From: an uncultured bacterium
Lineage (GTDB): Bacteria > Auribacterota > Erginobacteria > Erginobacterales > Erginobacteraceae
Assembly (NCBI GenBank): GCA_963822585.1
Contig: CAWGIE010000035.1
Coordinates: 192,001-256,000, forward strand
Reading direction: 5' to 3'
DNA: 64,000 nucleotides
Shown piece after piece: positions 1 to 11,512 of the stretch. Under the pieces are notes generated by a model. The model ran no database searches and was not told the DNA's origin. It saw only the letters and a list, made by a program, of their open reading frames with translations. The position numbers and the translations under genes are program-made. How positions within the stretch are numbered: the stretch's first letter is position 1; each line of letters opens with the position of its first letter.

Positions 1-2108
1 TTACTATAGGTTTCTGCAGCTTTGTTGAATTCTCCATTCCGGAAGTACGCTCCCCCGATTCCTGGTAAAGATTTGGATAATCGGGTTCAAGCCGAATTAC
101 TTCGTTATATGCTTCAATAGCCTCCTGGGGACGTTTGAGAGAAATATATAGTTTCCTTGATTAAAATAACCGGGAGCAAAGTTTGGATCGATTGTGATTG
201 CTCCCTCTAAAAGCTCGACCGCTTTCTCATATTCATTGAGTGTGCTAAACGTCATGTCGAGCTGAACGTGTGCCTGTGAGATTAGTGGTCTCAAGTTCAA
301 GTACATGCAGATAATTCTCAACCGCTTCCCGACGCCGGCCGAGACCAACGAAAGCGGTCCCGATATTTTGATAAAGATAAACCCGTTCTTTATCTGAAGC
401 AAACGAAAGGGCTTTCTGATTGCACTTCAATGCTTCCTCATAACTACCCAGCTGGATATAGGCTAAACCCAAGCCACAGATGGCATTGACATTCTCCGGA
501 TTACTTTCTACGGCTTTCAGGTAGGCATCCCTCGCCTCTTTAAACCGTTTTTGCGAGGAAAAAACTGCTCCCAATCCCGCAAAGGCATTATCATAATCAG
601 GCTGGATTTTAAACGCTTGCTTAAAACTTGCTATTGCTTTTTCATATTGTTTGAGCTCGTGGTATACTAATCCTGAGTGCTGATAGGCACTTAGCCGTTT
701 GCACATTGAACAAGAGAGCTTGTTTGATGGGGACCAAGCGCCTCATCAATCCGTCCCAAATTGTAGTAGGTAACCCCCAACCAATAATAGGCTTCTTCAT
801 AGTCCGGGTTTAAAAACAATGCTTGTTTATAAGCTTCAATCGTCTTGTATTGATCCCCCGTTTTTGAATATGCCATTCCCAAATGGTAATGATATACGGG
901 ATTATGAGGTTGAAGTTTTACTGCCTCCTGATATTCTCCGAGGGCTTCTTGGTAGCGTTCGAGATAATGATAAGCGCTTCCCGATAGCATTATGGATCTC
1001 TGCATTACTTGGGCTAATATAAATAGTGTTCTGGCAAACCTCAAGCGCCTCTTGATATCGCTTGAGTTCATTGAAAGTTAAACCCAAACCGTAATACGCT
1101 TCCGCCCGTTCCGGATCGAGCAGGAGAGCTTTGTTAAACCCTCCTAGCTCCTCGGAATAACGACCTAGTTTTCCCAGTATGTTGCCGAGAGAAATATGCG
1201 TCTCCGGTTTGTCCGGATTAATACTAACTGCTTTTTTTAGAGCTTCTGAAGCTTTCTCATACTTTCCAAGTGCTTCATTGCAAATTGCGATCAAGGTAAA
1301 GATCTCATCCGAAACTATTCCCTCCTCAACCAGTTGATTAAAATGGGATAAAGCATCCGGAGCATTGCTGCTCCATAGAAGCGTCAGCGCGGCAAATTGA
1401 AGGGCTTCAGGCGACTGGTAGTCTTTTTGGCTCTCTCCAGCACCCCACTCAGCACAGGGGAATCGCCTCGCCTGGTTGTAAGTTGTTCAGCCTCGCCGCC
1501 GGGACCGCGAAGTTGAGATTCTGACCAAAAACGCTCTGAGATAACACAATTCCGATAACTTTTCCCGATAAGTTGACGAGTGGACTCCCACTCGCAACCT
1601 TCGACGAGGTCGCCGCAGTTATTTGGATGCATTTTCCCATCTCGGGGATTTCACGAACCCCTGAGACAATCCCGTCCGAAACAGAGCCCTCGTAGCCGAG
1701 AGGACTCCCTATTACTACTACCCTCTCACCAACACGGGGAAGAACAGTATCGAGAGAGAGACTAATAAACTTCTCTTGGGGAATATTGACCGATACTCGA
1801 ACCAGATCTCCTTTTTCATCATCAGCCACTATTGCAATGATCGGAAAGGTTTGTTCATCATGAGTTCTCATCTCAGCCTTTCTCGCCCCTAATAGAACAT
1901 GTCTGCCAGTTATTACATCGCCGTTTTGCCCGACAAAGAAACCACTACCTTGGCCAACCTGATTGCCAGCTTGATCGTAGACATTGATTGCCACCACTCC
2001 AGAGTTCAGTTCACTGACAATCTCCGGAATATTCTGCTGGGGGAGTACGGGAAAGACAAGAATGCCTGAAAGGGCTTGAACTATTAGAATAATTGAATAA
2101 GGTTTCAT
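1..2108 (-). CDS. Trypsin-like serine protease with many C-terminal TPR repeats (frameshifted; runs off the window)
   Basis: ORF 1449-2108 has a signal peptide, GSGFFV, TGRHV, and a GSPL-type catalytic region. Consecutive ORFs 902-1294, 691-1071, 245-706 and 97-402 are TPR repeats (e.g. AYYGLGLTFNELKRYQEA). Region is AT-rich. Confidence 0.8.
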
Positions 2109-2715
2109 GGAGTAAGACTATCAATTTTTTCTTCTATAGCCCATGAAGAACTGGATTGATTGTTTCATATCTCCTCCTAGGGCAAAATCCGAGTTTAAGA
2201 GCCGGGCCAATTCAATAGGTCTCCATTATATATATAAAAATCTAAAAATTAGGGTCAGACCCGGACTATTGACAGATTAGGATTATTTAACGGCGAAAAC
2301 CTATCGGAACTGGTCCCGTAATATTTCGAAAAACTCGCCTTACAATATTGCCGCATTCTCGGCCTCAAGCGGATGAGTATGATACAGTAAATTATTCAAT
2401 TTTCTGTTAGTTGTCGAGGTTTTCCCCCTATTTGCGTATTCCCTTTTCTCTTCAGAAAACAAAAAACCCGCCAAGAAAATGGGCGGGGGATTGAATCCAG
2501 ACAAATTATTTTTGTGCACCGATATTTCATTTTTTTGAGGTGCGTCTTGCTGTTGGGTTTATCAACAAAAGATATTATCTGCCGTCTCAAAATTATGCAA
2601 TATAAATCTAAATTCCATTCCGTTATATGTAAAGTAATTATCTGGTATAAGAAGAAGATTCCAGGCGATTTGATCGAAGAGAGGGAGGGGTATGGGGGGT
2701 ATCAATGTTCTCTTT

Positions 2716-2796
2716 AAACCCAGGGCGTTGCCCTGGGCTATTATGTTTCCCTCTTCGAGCTTCTCGACTCGCAGGGCTGGCTACCCCTTTGGGGTG
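2716..2796. repeat. REP-like palindromes (CCCAGGG-n-CCCTGGG and ACCCC-n-GGGGT)
   Basis: aaacccagggcgttgccctgggct resembles the hairpins flanking the Y1 transposase at 9.6-11.4 kb. Confidence 0.55.
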
Positions 2797-2814
2797 ATGA
2801 TTGAACAGGTAAAC

Positions 2815-2852
2815 AAAATCCCCGGGGGATAACTATCCTCCGGGGATTTTTT
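2815..2852. terminator. Intrinsic terminator (near-copy of the 4984-5022 hairpin)
   Basis: aaaatccccggggga-taacta-tcctccggggattttt. Confidence 0.75.
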
Positions 2853-2933
2853 GTGTCTTTCCCCGCCCCGTGGCAAAGCCGTACGGGGATGTCTTACCCC
2901 GCCCCGTAGCGAAGCTGTGCGGGGGTGGTTATT

Positions 2934-2997
2934 TTAATCAACTTCTTTCAAGCCCTTCTTGATCGCCAGGGCGATCTTTTCGGCGGTGATGGGGAGG
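2934..2997 (-). repeat. Displaced 64-bp copy of the 3' end of the molybdopterin-subunit gene (att-like direct repeat)
   Basis: Matches 5058-5121 with 3 mismatches; encodes LPITAEKIALAIKKGLKEVD* versus ...KEID*. Confidence 0.9.
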
Positions 2998-3059
2998 ACT
3001 GCTGGCCCCAAATAGATTTTGCCTATTTTTCTTATTGATGTCAAAAAGTCTTATAAAAA

Positions 3060-4407
3060 TTAGCAATTTGTCACCACCTCTAGAGTTATGGTAGTTAGAC
3101 AAATTGGATCCAGATTTGGGCGTTGATTTGCTTGGATTGCCTTAATCTGTTTATCAGGAACTCCAGTTTTTTGGGCGAAATCGGGCCACCGGCGCACGGC
3201 TTCAATTACGCGTTGAATCATTTCATTTGCCCGTCCTTGTTTAATATTAGCTATACTGGCAAGGGCAAGCAAGTCCTCACGCTCAAACCCATCACGTTTG
3301 CCATTTATGCTCATCTGATGCCGACTCGTCCAATCACCACTGGGGTTCCATGAATATGTGATATCGAATGCAGGTGAAAGGCACCATTCACCACGTCGAT
3401 TCATGAGAAAAGCTATGTTTTTAACATGATCGTCACAGTTACGCCCAACTATATTAAAAATGGCACGCAGAACTTGTTGATCCATATCTTGTCGAGGAAG
3501 ATGAAGACGCCGAATGACTTGTATCGCTTGTTCATGCGAATAGCTTGCGGGTTGTCTGTAGTCATAGTGTACAATAGCTCCCAGGGACTGCATATGAAGT
3601 TTTTTGCCGTTTTGGGTTCTATCAAATCTCCTTGTCATGAAATGACTGTGGCCACCGTCATGGTGCAGGCGGCACTTCGTCATCTCAATGCCGGCCTCGA
3701 TGGCCATTAAATGATAAGCATATTCAACTTTACCGTAGCCCCTTTGGGGTAGCGATTTCTGTATCGTGACTACTAATGATTCCATCGAATTTCATAAGCC
3801 AGTGCTCGAAGCCTTCTTCAGCATCTACTTGACCTGAACGGAATTCGTTAGTTGCCGGATTCCAAGCGAGAATCGCTTTAGCTGGCTCCTCCAGCTGAGG
3901 TACCGACCCTGAGAATATCGTTGATTGCTTCGCGGTCGTCACTGCCAGAAAAAACACCGCCAAATCCGCCGCGCTCATCGAGAATCCGGTTTGCTAATTT
4001 AACAAGACTCCGGACCTCAACTGCTCGTTTGCTAGTTGGTGGTCCGAGCGTAGCAGGCTGGAATTCGAGAGCCCCCATCCCCCGGCTACCCACATAGCAG
4101 AGGCGCTCTACCGGATGGAAACTCGCTGCGGTTCGTCCTTGTGAAGCGAGCCACACGTCAATGATCGCATTGCCGAATTTGTCCGGAAGTGAGTCCGCAA
4201 GCAATCCCGGCAATCCTTTGAATGTGTTTCGCGCAAGTGCTGGGAATTCATAAGGAAATTCGTTTAGAGGCATCATAAGAGGTGCTAACTGAATACCACT
4301 ATGCAAGAAGTCAGGTGCATATTGAAAAACTCCAATCTCTCTATCTTCAAGCCAAGTGACGGCACCAATCACACTACCCAGAGAATGACGCGTGCATCAT
4401 TAGTCAT
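3060..4407 (-). CDS. hipA: HipA-family serine/threonine kinase toxin (frameshifted)
   Basis: N-terminal couple_hipA region (LPGLLADSLPDKFGN), GTSAGGA P-loop, RRFDR, NCDDHVKN and LSPAFD. The ATG at 4407 overlaps the antitoxin stop (TAATG). Confidence 0.9.
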
Positions 4408-4767
4408 TATTTGTCCTCGCCATCACCCCATGACCATGTGGGATGTTCATCACTAGATTGAATAGGACGCGCGCGTTTACGCTCTCACCACTGATACCGA
4501 CTCTTTCGATTGGTCGTACGGTTGGATCTGGCAGTAGGGCTTCAGGTTTTGTTGTATCCCAAGCGCCATCATGATCCGAATAAATGTATCCACAGAAACA
4601 CCTTGGCCTTTTTCAAGCCGACCAATAGTTCTTAACGAAACGCCGGCTTTCTCCGCTAGTTGTGCTTGGGTTATATTGCGAGCAAGTCTTATGCTTTCCA
4701 AGCGCTTACAGAGAGCTGCCTCGATCTGATCACTCGTTGCCACTGAGAATTCGATATTATAAGTTAT
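4407..4767 (-). CDS. HipB-like XRE HTH antitoxin (frameshift near the C-terminus; start uncertain)
   Basis: RLARNITQAQLAEKAGVSLRTIGRLEKG HTH; lies directly upstream of hipA and ends WSWGDGEDK*. Confidence 0.85.
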
Positions 4768-4983
4768 TTATTGTTGCTTCCCCTTAATTATCCAATTTAG
4801 TCGGCAATATAATGCTGATTATATACTAAGTCATAGATGCTAATATAAACAGCAATATGTTACTTATTATTATAATAATCTTCTATTTGCAAGCAAAATC
4901 TTGCCGATTATATTTATATCGTTATAACCGGGAATTAGGAAAATTTGATTCAGGTCGAATCCAGGGGTTTTAAATAGTCGATA

Positions 4984-5022
4984 AAAAAATCCCCGGGGGA
5001 AATATCCCCCGGGGATTTTTTT
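4984..5022. terminator. Intrinsic terminator of the molybdo-hydroxylase operon
   Basis: aaaaaaatccccggggga-aata-tcccccggggattttttt. Confidence 0.85.
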
Positions 5023-5057
5023 GTGACTTGGGGGGGGGGGGGTGTCTTGGTGGTTGA

Positions 5058-7410
5058 TTAATCAATTTCCTTCAACCCCTTCTTGATCGCCAGGGCGATC
5101 TTTTCGGCGGTGATGGGGAGGCGCTTGATCCGGATTCCGAGGGCGTTCTCGACGGCGTTGGCCACCATGGGGGCGACCGGGATCATGGTGTGCTCGCCCA
5201 CTCCCCGGGCGCCGAACGGGCCGTCGTGCTGGGGGGTCTCGACGATGATGGGGATGATCTTGTCGGGGATGTCGAGAGCGGTCGGGATCTTGTAATCGGT
5301 GAAGTTGGGGTTGAGGATGGCGCCGTTATCGCCGAAGCGCATGTCCTCATAAAGCGCCGTGGCCAACCCCTGCATGAACCCGCCCACGATCTGGCCGTCG
5401 ACCAGGTCCGGGTTGAGGGCCTTGCCGATGTCGAACCCCTCGGCGACCTTGAGGACTTTCACCTTCCCGGTCTCCTTGTCGATCTCGAGGACGATGCCCC
5501 CGGCACCGACCGTGTAGTGCGGGTTGGGGTGGCCGCCCTGGCTGGTCTCGGGGTCGCAGTTGGTGGTCATGAACTCGGGCATGAACATTCCCTTGCCCGG
5601 TGATCGGGCCGCCCTGGAAGGTCCCGTCCTCGAGCATGATCCCCTCGATCACGAAGGGCTTGAAGGGGAGCGCGAAATCGGGGTCGGTGCGGCATTTGAC
5701 GTGCTCGTTTTCCAGGTAGAGCGATTCCGGGTTGTACTTGAAGGCGCGCCCGACGGTCGCGAAGATCTTGTCGCGGGCATCGATGGCGGCCCGCCTGACC
5801 GCGTTGCCGCAGGACCAGGTGACGTGGCTGGCCACCGTCTGCCACTCGTAGGGGTTGCGGTCGGTGTCCGGGCACTCGGTCCGGATCTTCTCCATGGGGA
5901 CGGTGAGAATCTCGGAGGCGACCTGGGCCATCACGGTCAGCAGCCCCTGGCCCATGTCGATCCCGGAGACGAGGACATTGATGGAGCCGTCCTCGTTGAA
6001 CTTGATGAAGGCGGAGGAGGAGGCGTTGGGGGGCATGGCCGGGCCCTTCCAGGCCCCGGCGATCCCTTTCCCGATCACCTTGTTGGGGTCTTTCGACTTC
6101 TCCGGTTTGTCGAAATCGATCGCTTTTGCCACCTTCTTGAAGCACTGGGTGAGATCATTCTCGGTCATCCCCGCCCCATAGGAGAGGGGCATGCCGCGCT
6201 TCAAGACGTTCTTGAGCCGGAACTCGAGCGGGCTCATCTTCAGCATGGCGGCCAGGCGGTCCATGTGGGACTCCACGCTGAAAAGCATCTCGGAGTAGCC
6301 GAAACCCCGGTAAGGCCCGGCGGCGGGGAGGTTGGTGTAGATGCAGTAGGAGTCGATCTTGAGACTGGGGAAGAAATACGGCCCGGTGGCGGAAAGGGCG
6401 GAGGAGTTGACCACGTTGGCGCCGTATTCGACGTAGGGCCCGGCGTCCCAGAAGTTCTCCATCTCGAAGGCGGTCAGCTTGCCGTCCTTGGTGGCGCCGA
6501 TCTTCAGTCTGGTCTCCACCGCCTGGCGCATGTAGGTGTTGTAAAACTCCTGGTCACGCCGCCAGGCGACCCTCACCGGCATCCCCCTGGTCTTGGTCGC
6601 GAAGGCGGCCGCCAGGATCTCCATGGTGACGCCGGCCTTTCCGCCGAAACCGCCCCCGATAAAGGGGGTGATGACCCGGACGTCTTTATCGGTAAAGCCA
6701 AGCGGGGCCAGGGCCCCGGCGAAGAGGTGGCGCTGGGTATAGGGGGACTGGGAAGAAGACCAGACCGTGAGCCGTCCCGAGTTGTCGCAAAGTCCGACCG
6801 CGATATGGGGCTCCATGCAGCAGTGGGCGTAGCGGGGGATATGGTAAACGTCTTCCAGGACCACGTCCGATTTCCGGAAGGCTTTGGCCAGATCGCCCCG
6901 GCGGATCTTCCGGTGATGGGCGATGTTGGTGCCGCCCTTGGGGAAGAACCAGGGGACGTGCTCGTATGAACCCAGGTCGGGGTGGATCAGGGTTTTCGTG
7001 TTCTTGATCGCCTTGACCTGGTCGAAGATCGGGGTGGTGCGCTTGTAATCCACCTTGACCAGCTTGGCGGCGCTCTTGGCGATCTTGGGGTCCCGGGCGA
7101 TCACCGCCGCGACCTGTTCGCCGACGAAGCGGACCCGGTCCTGGGCCAGGATATAGCGGTCCTGCATGTAGAGGCCGAACTTGTAGGGGAAGTCCTTCCC
7201 GGTGACGACCGCCACCACGCCGGGGACTTTCTCCGCCTTCGAGGTGTCGATCTTCCTGATCAGGGCGGAAGGGTAGGGGCTCTCGATGATCTCCGCGTGG
7301 AGGAGGTTCGGCCCGAACTCCAGATCATCAACGTACTGGGCGGCGCCGGTGACCTTCTCCCTTCCGTCAATACGAGGGTATGAATGACCAACTACTTTTG
7401 TTTGTTCCAT
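5058..7410 (-). CDS. Xanthine dehydrogenase/CoxL-family molybdopterin-binding subunit (one frameshift near 5598)
   Basis: DGREKVTG, GGGFGGK, YRGFG, DMGQG and GARGVGE motifs; GGAGGA RBS before the ATG at 7410. Confidence 0.93.
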
Positions 7411-7454
7411 AATCTCCTCCAAGTCTGGATCTTAATGTATGAGCGATATAAATA

Positions 7455-7660
7455 TGAAGTTTTGAAATCCGAAACTCGAAACCAGAAATTCGAAACTCGA
7501 AACCAGAAATTCGAAACCCGAAACGCCGAAAGAATGGCCAATGACTTAATGTCAAAATGTTCTTCTTAAAGTTGGTAGGTGTTATGCCGTGTCAATATTC
7601 GTCATTCTGATTTAGATATTCATTCGTCATTCGTCATTCGTCATTCGAGCTTCGTCAGTC
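7455..7660. repeat. Family C palindromic element (GAAACYC/GAAATYC heptamers ... TTCGTCA heptamers)
   Basis: Similar to the elements at 25277-25428 and 26961-27113. Confidence 0.8.
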
Positions 7661-7710
7661 GTTAAAAATCTTCCCCTTCATGTTCTTCATGTACTTCATG
7701 GTGAAATTAA

Positions 7711-8175
7711 CTATTTTTTCGCCACTTCCATGATGGCGTCGATGATGGCGGTGTAGCCGGTGCAGCGGCAGAGGTTGCCGGCGATCGCCTCCTGGACTTC
7801 CTCCCGGGTCGGCTTGGGATTCTTCTTCAAAAAGGCGGTGGCGGTCAGGATCATCCCGGGCGCGCAGTAGCCGCACTGGAACGAGTTGTGCTTCGATAAA
7901 GGAATCCTGGAGCGGGCGTGGTCGTCCGCCCTTCATGATCCCCTCGACGGTGGTTATCTTCTGGCCGTCGGCCTCGATGGCCAGGATGATGCAGCTTCTG
8001 ACCGGCTCGCCGTTCAGCAGCACCGTGCAGGTCCCGCAGTCCCCCTTCCCGCAGCCGTATTTCGGGCTCTTGACGCCCAGCTTCTCCCGGATGACGTCGA
8101 GAAGGATATCGTTCGGTTCCACGTCGACGGACCGGCACTTCCATTGAGAGTGAGTGTAATGGTTTTTTTCATCAT
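7711..8175 (-). CDS. Molybdo-hydroxylase (2Fe-2S) subunit (frameshifted)
   Basis: KYGCGKGDCGTC...SC in one frame and FQCGYC...NLCRCTGY in another; RBS aggagga. Confidence 0.9.
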
Positions 8176-8217
8176 TCCTCCTGAATAAACAGATGATTAA
8201 TATACTATATTATAGCT

Positions 8218-8581
8218 CCCCCCCTCGGCCCCTTTATTAAACAGACGATTGAATGTGATTGGATAAGCTTTGCTTCCCTCTACCTCGCCCCCTTATTTGC
8301 CACCAAGACACCAAGGCACCAAGAAACACCAAGAAAATTAAAGTTCCCTCCGCCTCGGCCCCTTTATTAAACAGACGATTGAATGTGATTGAATAAGATT
8401 CGTGGCCCCCCCTCGGCCCCTTTTGAATCCACAGATTTCACAGATTACACTGATTGTTCCCCCGCCGGGCCCCCTTTTATAACCATGAAGGACATGAAGA
8501 ACATGAAGGAGTTTATAAAAACAATGAATGATTCTTTTCAGCTATTTATTTCTTCGTGTTCTTCGTGTCCTTCGTGGTTAA
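8218..8581. repeat. Cluster of family A repeats and an empty inverted element (ACCATGAAGGACATGAAG ... CTTCGTGTCCTTCGTGGTT)
   Basis: cctcggcccctttattaaacagacgattgaatgtgatt occurs twice here and in near-identical form at 26822-26860; inverted 9-bp-period arms at 8481-8580. Confidence 0.75.
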
Positions 8582-8593
8582 TTCAGTCTCGTT

Positions 8594-9481
8594 TTAAATT
8601 ATGCTGGTTCCGTATTTCGGCCCGTCGCCCTTCAGGCGGGCGGCGGCTGCTTGCAGCGCTCTCTCCAGCATTACCTTGACCATGATCAGGCGATACTCCT
8701 TGCTGGAACGGATATCGGCGATCGGGGCGATCTCCCCCTCGACCATATTCTTGGCCCGGGTGATTAAAGCGGGGGTGAGTTTCTTCCCCCGCAGCAGCTT
8801 CTCGATCTTTTCGGAGCGGATCGGGGTCGGACCGACGGAGCCGAAAACGATCCGGTAGTCGTTGCGGGGGAGGGCCAGCACCCCCACGTTCGACTGGGCC
8901 AGGTCCTCGCCCCGGTATCTCTTCTGCTTCAGGTAACAGGCCCCGTGTTTCTTGGGGAGAGGAAGCTTGAGACCGACCAGCAGTTCGGCGTCGCCAAGGC
9001 AGGTCTTGCGCGGGCCGAGAAAGAAATCTTCGGCCGGGCAAATCCTCTCGCCTTCCGGGGAGCGGATGATCGCCGCCGCGTCGTACGCCACCAGGGCGGG
9101 CGCGCTGTCCATGCAGGGGACGCAGGAGCAGATATTCCCGACTATCGTGGCCCGATTCCGGACACCCCCGGAGGCCACTTCACCGGCCGCTTCCCAGAGG
9201 AGGGGGTAGTGTTTCTTGACAACCTTGGAATTGATCAGGTCGCTGAAGGTAACCAGGGCCCCCAGAAACAAGCCGTCCTTTTCCAGCTCCAGCCGTTTTA
9301 AGGCCTTGATCCCTTTCAGGTCGATGACCGCCTCCGGCCGGACCGCTTCTTCGCTGAGGTTGTTGATCAGGTCGGTACCGCCGGCTAAAAAACGGGCCCT
9401 GGCGCCGAATTTATTCTTCAGCTCCACGGCCTTGCCGAGGGAAGTGGGTTTGTAATATTCAAACTCGAGTGCTATTGCCAT
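8594..9481 (-). CDS. Molybdo-hydroxylase FAD-binding subunit
   Basis: YYKPTSL, LAGGTDL, VRNRATIVGN and DIRSSKEYR motifs. Confidence 0.93.
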   Translation of the reverse strand: MAIALEFEYYKPTSLGKAVELKNKFGARARFLAGGTDLINNLSEEAVRPEAVIDLKGIKALKRLELEKDGLFLGALVTFSDLINSKVVKKHYPLLWEAAGEVASGGVRNRATIVGNICSCVPCMDSAPALVAYDAAAIIRSPEGERICPAEDFFLGPRKTCLGDAELLVGLKLPLPKKHGACYLKQKRYRGEDLAQSNVGVLALPRNDYRIVFGSVGPTPIRSEKIEKLLRGKKLTPALITRAKNMVEGEIAPIADIRSSKEYRLIMVKVMLERALQAAAARLKGDGPKYGTSII

Positions 9482-9596
9482 TTTCGCCTCCTAAAATTTC
9501 TACGGAGTAAATATTTTAACGGGATATATATATAATGGTTCGGACATTGATTGAATTTTTACCACAAAGTCTGGATGCCCGCAATAAGACTTTGCC

Positions 9597-10285
9597 TTTT
9601 CCGGGGTTTCACCCCGGGAACCCAGGGTTTTACCCTGGGCTGAAATGTTGAACCCCGTTGGGGTTCATTTTCGGGGGCGGGGTATTCTATTTGTCCCAGG
9701 GTTTCACCCTGGGTTGAAACGTTGAACCCCGTTGGGGTTCTTTTTATCCCAGGGTTTCGCCCCGGGAACCCAGGGATTCTCCCTGGGCTTAAATGTTGAA
9801 CCCCGTTGGGGTTCTTTTCATCTCGGGGATTCTCTCTTGGAACCCAGGGATTCTCCCTGGGCTTAAACGTTGAACCCCGTTGGGGTTCTTTTTCCCGGAC
9901 CCCAACGGGGTCCTACATTTTAGCCCCGGGTTCCACCCGGGGATATATATACCGTCACCCCCAAACCCCCGCACCCTGAAGGGGTGCAACATCCAAACTT
10001 TCGATTTTGATGTTGAACCCCGTTGGGGTTCATTTTCGGGGGCGGGGTATTCTATTTGTCCCAGGGTTTCACCATGGGTTGAAACGTTGAACCCCGTTGG
10101 GGTTCTTTTCATCTCGGGGATTCTCTCTTGGAACCCAGGGATTCTCCCTGGGCTTAAACGTTGAACCCCGTTGGGGTTCTTTTTCCCGGACCCCAACGGG
10201 GTCCTACATTTTAGCCCCGGGTTCCACCCGGGGATATATATACCGTCACCCCCAAACCCCCGCACCCTGAAGGGGTGCAACATCC
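9597..10285. repeat. REP/BIME-like palindrome array, left flank of the Y1 transposase
   Basis: Many GAACCCCGTTGGGGTTC and CCCAGGG-n-CCCTGGG hairpins; a block repeats with a 291-bp period. Confidence 0.9.
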
Positions 10286-10313
10286 ACGCCGCCCAGTCAT
10301 CGGCGATGCAACA

Positions 10314-10789
10314 TCATTCCCAAACATATCGTTCGTCAAATGAAATATTGTGGTGTTTCAAAAAGGCCCGGTACTCATCCTGAAAAGATCACGCGTTTAT
10401 GATGCTCCATCTGGTTATCGATATATTCCACCAAATCCTTCACGTCCGAGACTCGCTCACCGAAAATATTCCGTATCCATTTTGCCAATGAAACTGGGCG
10501 AAATCAGGGTTCATACGTGCCCATGTCCTGTTTTTTTATCCAGGAACTGCTTTCCCGTTTCACCGTCGCCACCACGTCGGAGATAGTCTTGGTTCGAGAT
10601 TGTGAATAAAGGATATGTACATGATCGGTCACCACCCCGATCCGCATCAGCGAGCAATCCTGGTTTTTCAGGATACCGGTGAAGTAGGCTGCAACCCCAT
10701 CTCTCATTTTGGGCTAATCGAAAAACCCGGCGGCGATTTTTAGTGCTGAAGATCAGATGCATGGATATACGGGCTAATGATTGGGGCAT
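10314..10789 (-). mobile_element. tnpA: IS200-like Y1 HUH transposase, REP-associated (RAYT-type), frameshifted
   Basis: MPQSLARISMHLIFSTKNRR, DHVHIL (HUH motif), KRESSSWIK and C-terminal FDERYVWE*. Confidence 0.88.
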
Positions 10790-10812
10790 TATCTGACTCC
10801 TTCATTCAATGA

Positions 10813-11381
10813 CGTTGAACCCCGTTGGGGTTCATTTGATGTGGGGTATTCGGGTGTATTTCCCGGGGTTCCACCCCGGGAACCCAGGGATTCTCCCTGG
10901 GCTTAAATGTTGAACCCCGTTGGGGTTCTTTCCTTCCCAAGGTTGCGCCCCGGGAACCCAGGGATTCTCCCTGGGCTTAAATGTTGAACCCCGTTGGGGT
11001 TCTTTCCTTCCCAAGGTTGTGCCCCGGGAACCCAGGGATTCTCCCTGGGCTTAAATGTTGAACCCCGTTGGGGTTCTTTCCTTCCCAAGGTTGTGCCCCG
11101 GGAACCCAGGGATTCTCCCTGGGCTTAAATGTTGAACCCCGTTGGGGTTCTTCTTCTCCCAGGGTTTCACCCTGGGTTGAAACGTTGAACCCCGTTGGGG
11201 TTCCACCCCGGACCCCGAAGGGGTCCTACATTCCAGCCCCGGGTTCCACCCGGAGGTACTACCCGTCCCACCTCCAACCAAACATGGACCCCGAAGGGGT
11301 CCCACATTATAGCCCCGGGTTCCACCCGGGGATAATAGCCGTAACCTCGAACCCCCCACGCACCCTGTAAGGGTGCAACAT
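10813..11381. repeat. REP/BIME-like palindrome array, right flank of the Y1 transposase
   Basis: Four 74-bp tandem units starting at 10881, 10955, 11029 and 11103, plus further hairpins. Confidence 0.9.
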
Positions 11382-11424
11382 TTTTGCCTCGGTTTAGGCG
11401 TTAAAGTCCCCGAGGGGTCTGAAC

Positions 11425-11465
11425 GAAAAAGAGCGGGCCGGGAAACCCCGGCCCGCTCTTTTTCG
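11425..11465. terminator. Intrinsic terminator after the cyclase gene
   Basis: gaaaaagagcgggccggg-aaac-cccggcccgctctttttc. Confidence 0.85.
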
Positions 11466-11512
11466 AACCGGTAACTGATTGCCGTTTACCGGTTACCGAT
11501 TACCGTTTTCAA

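Noticed and set aside
5580..5610. Selenocysteine or a genuine two-gene split in the molybdopterin subunit
   Set aside because: The break is an extra G (ACCGGGCAAG), not an in-frame TGA.
9789..11370. ORFs with repeated peptides (9789-10283, 9880-10164, 10832-11370)
   Set aside because: They are translations of REP arrays, with no RBS or family motifs.
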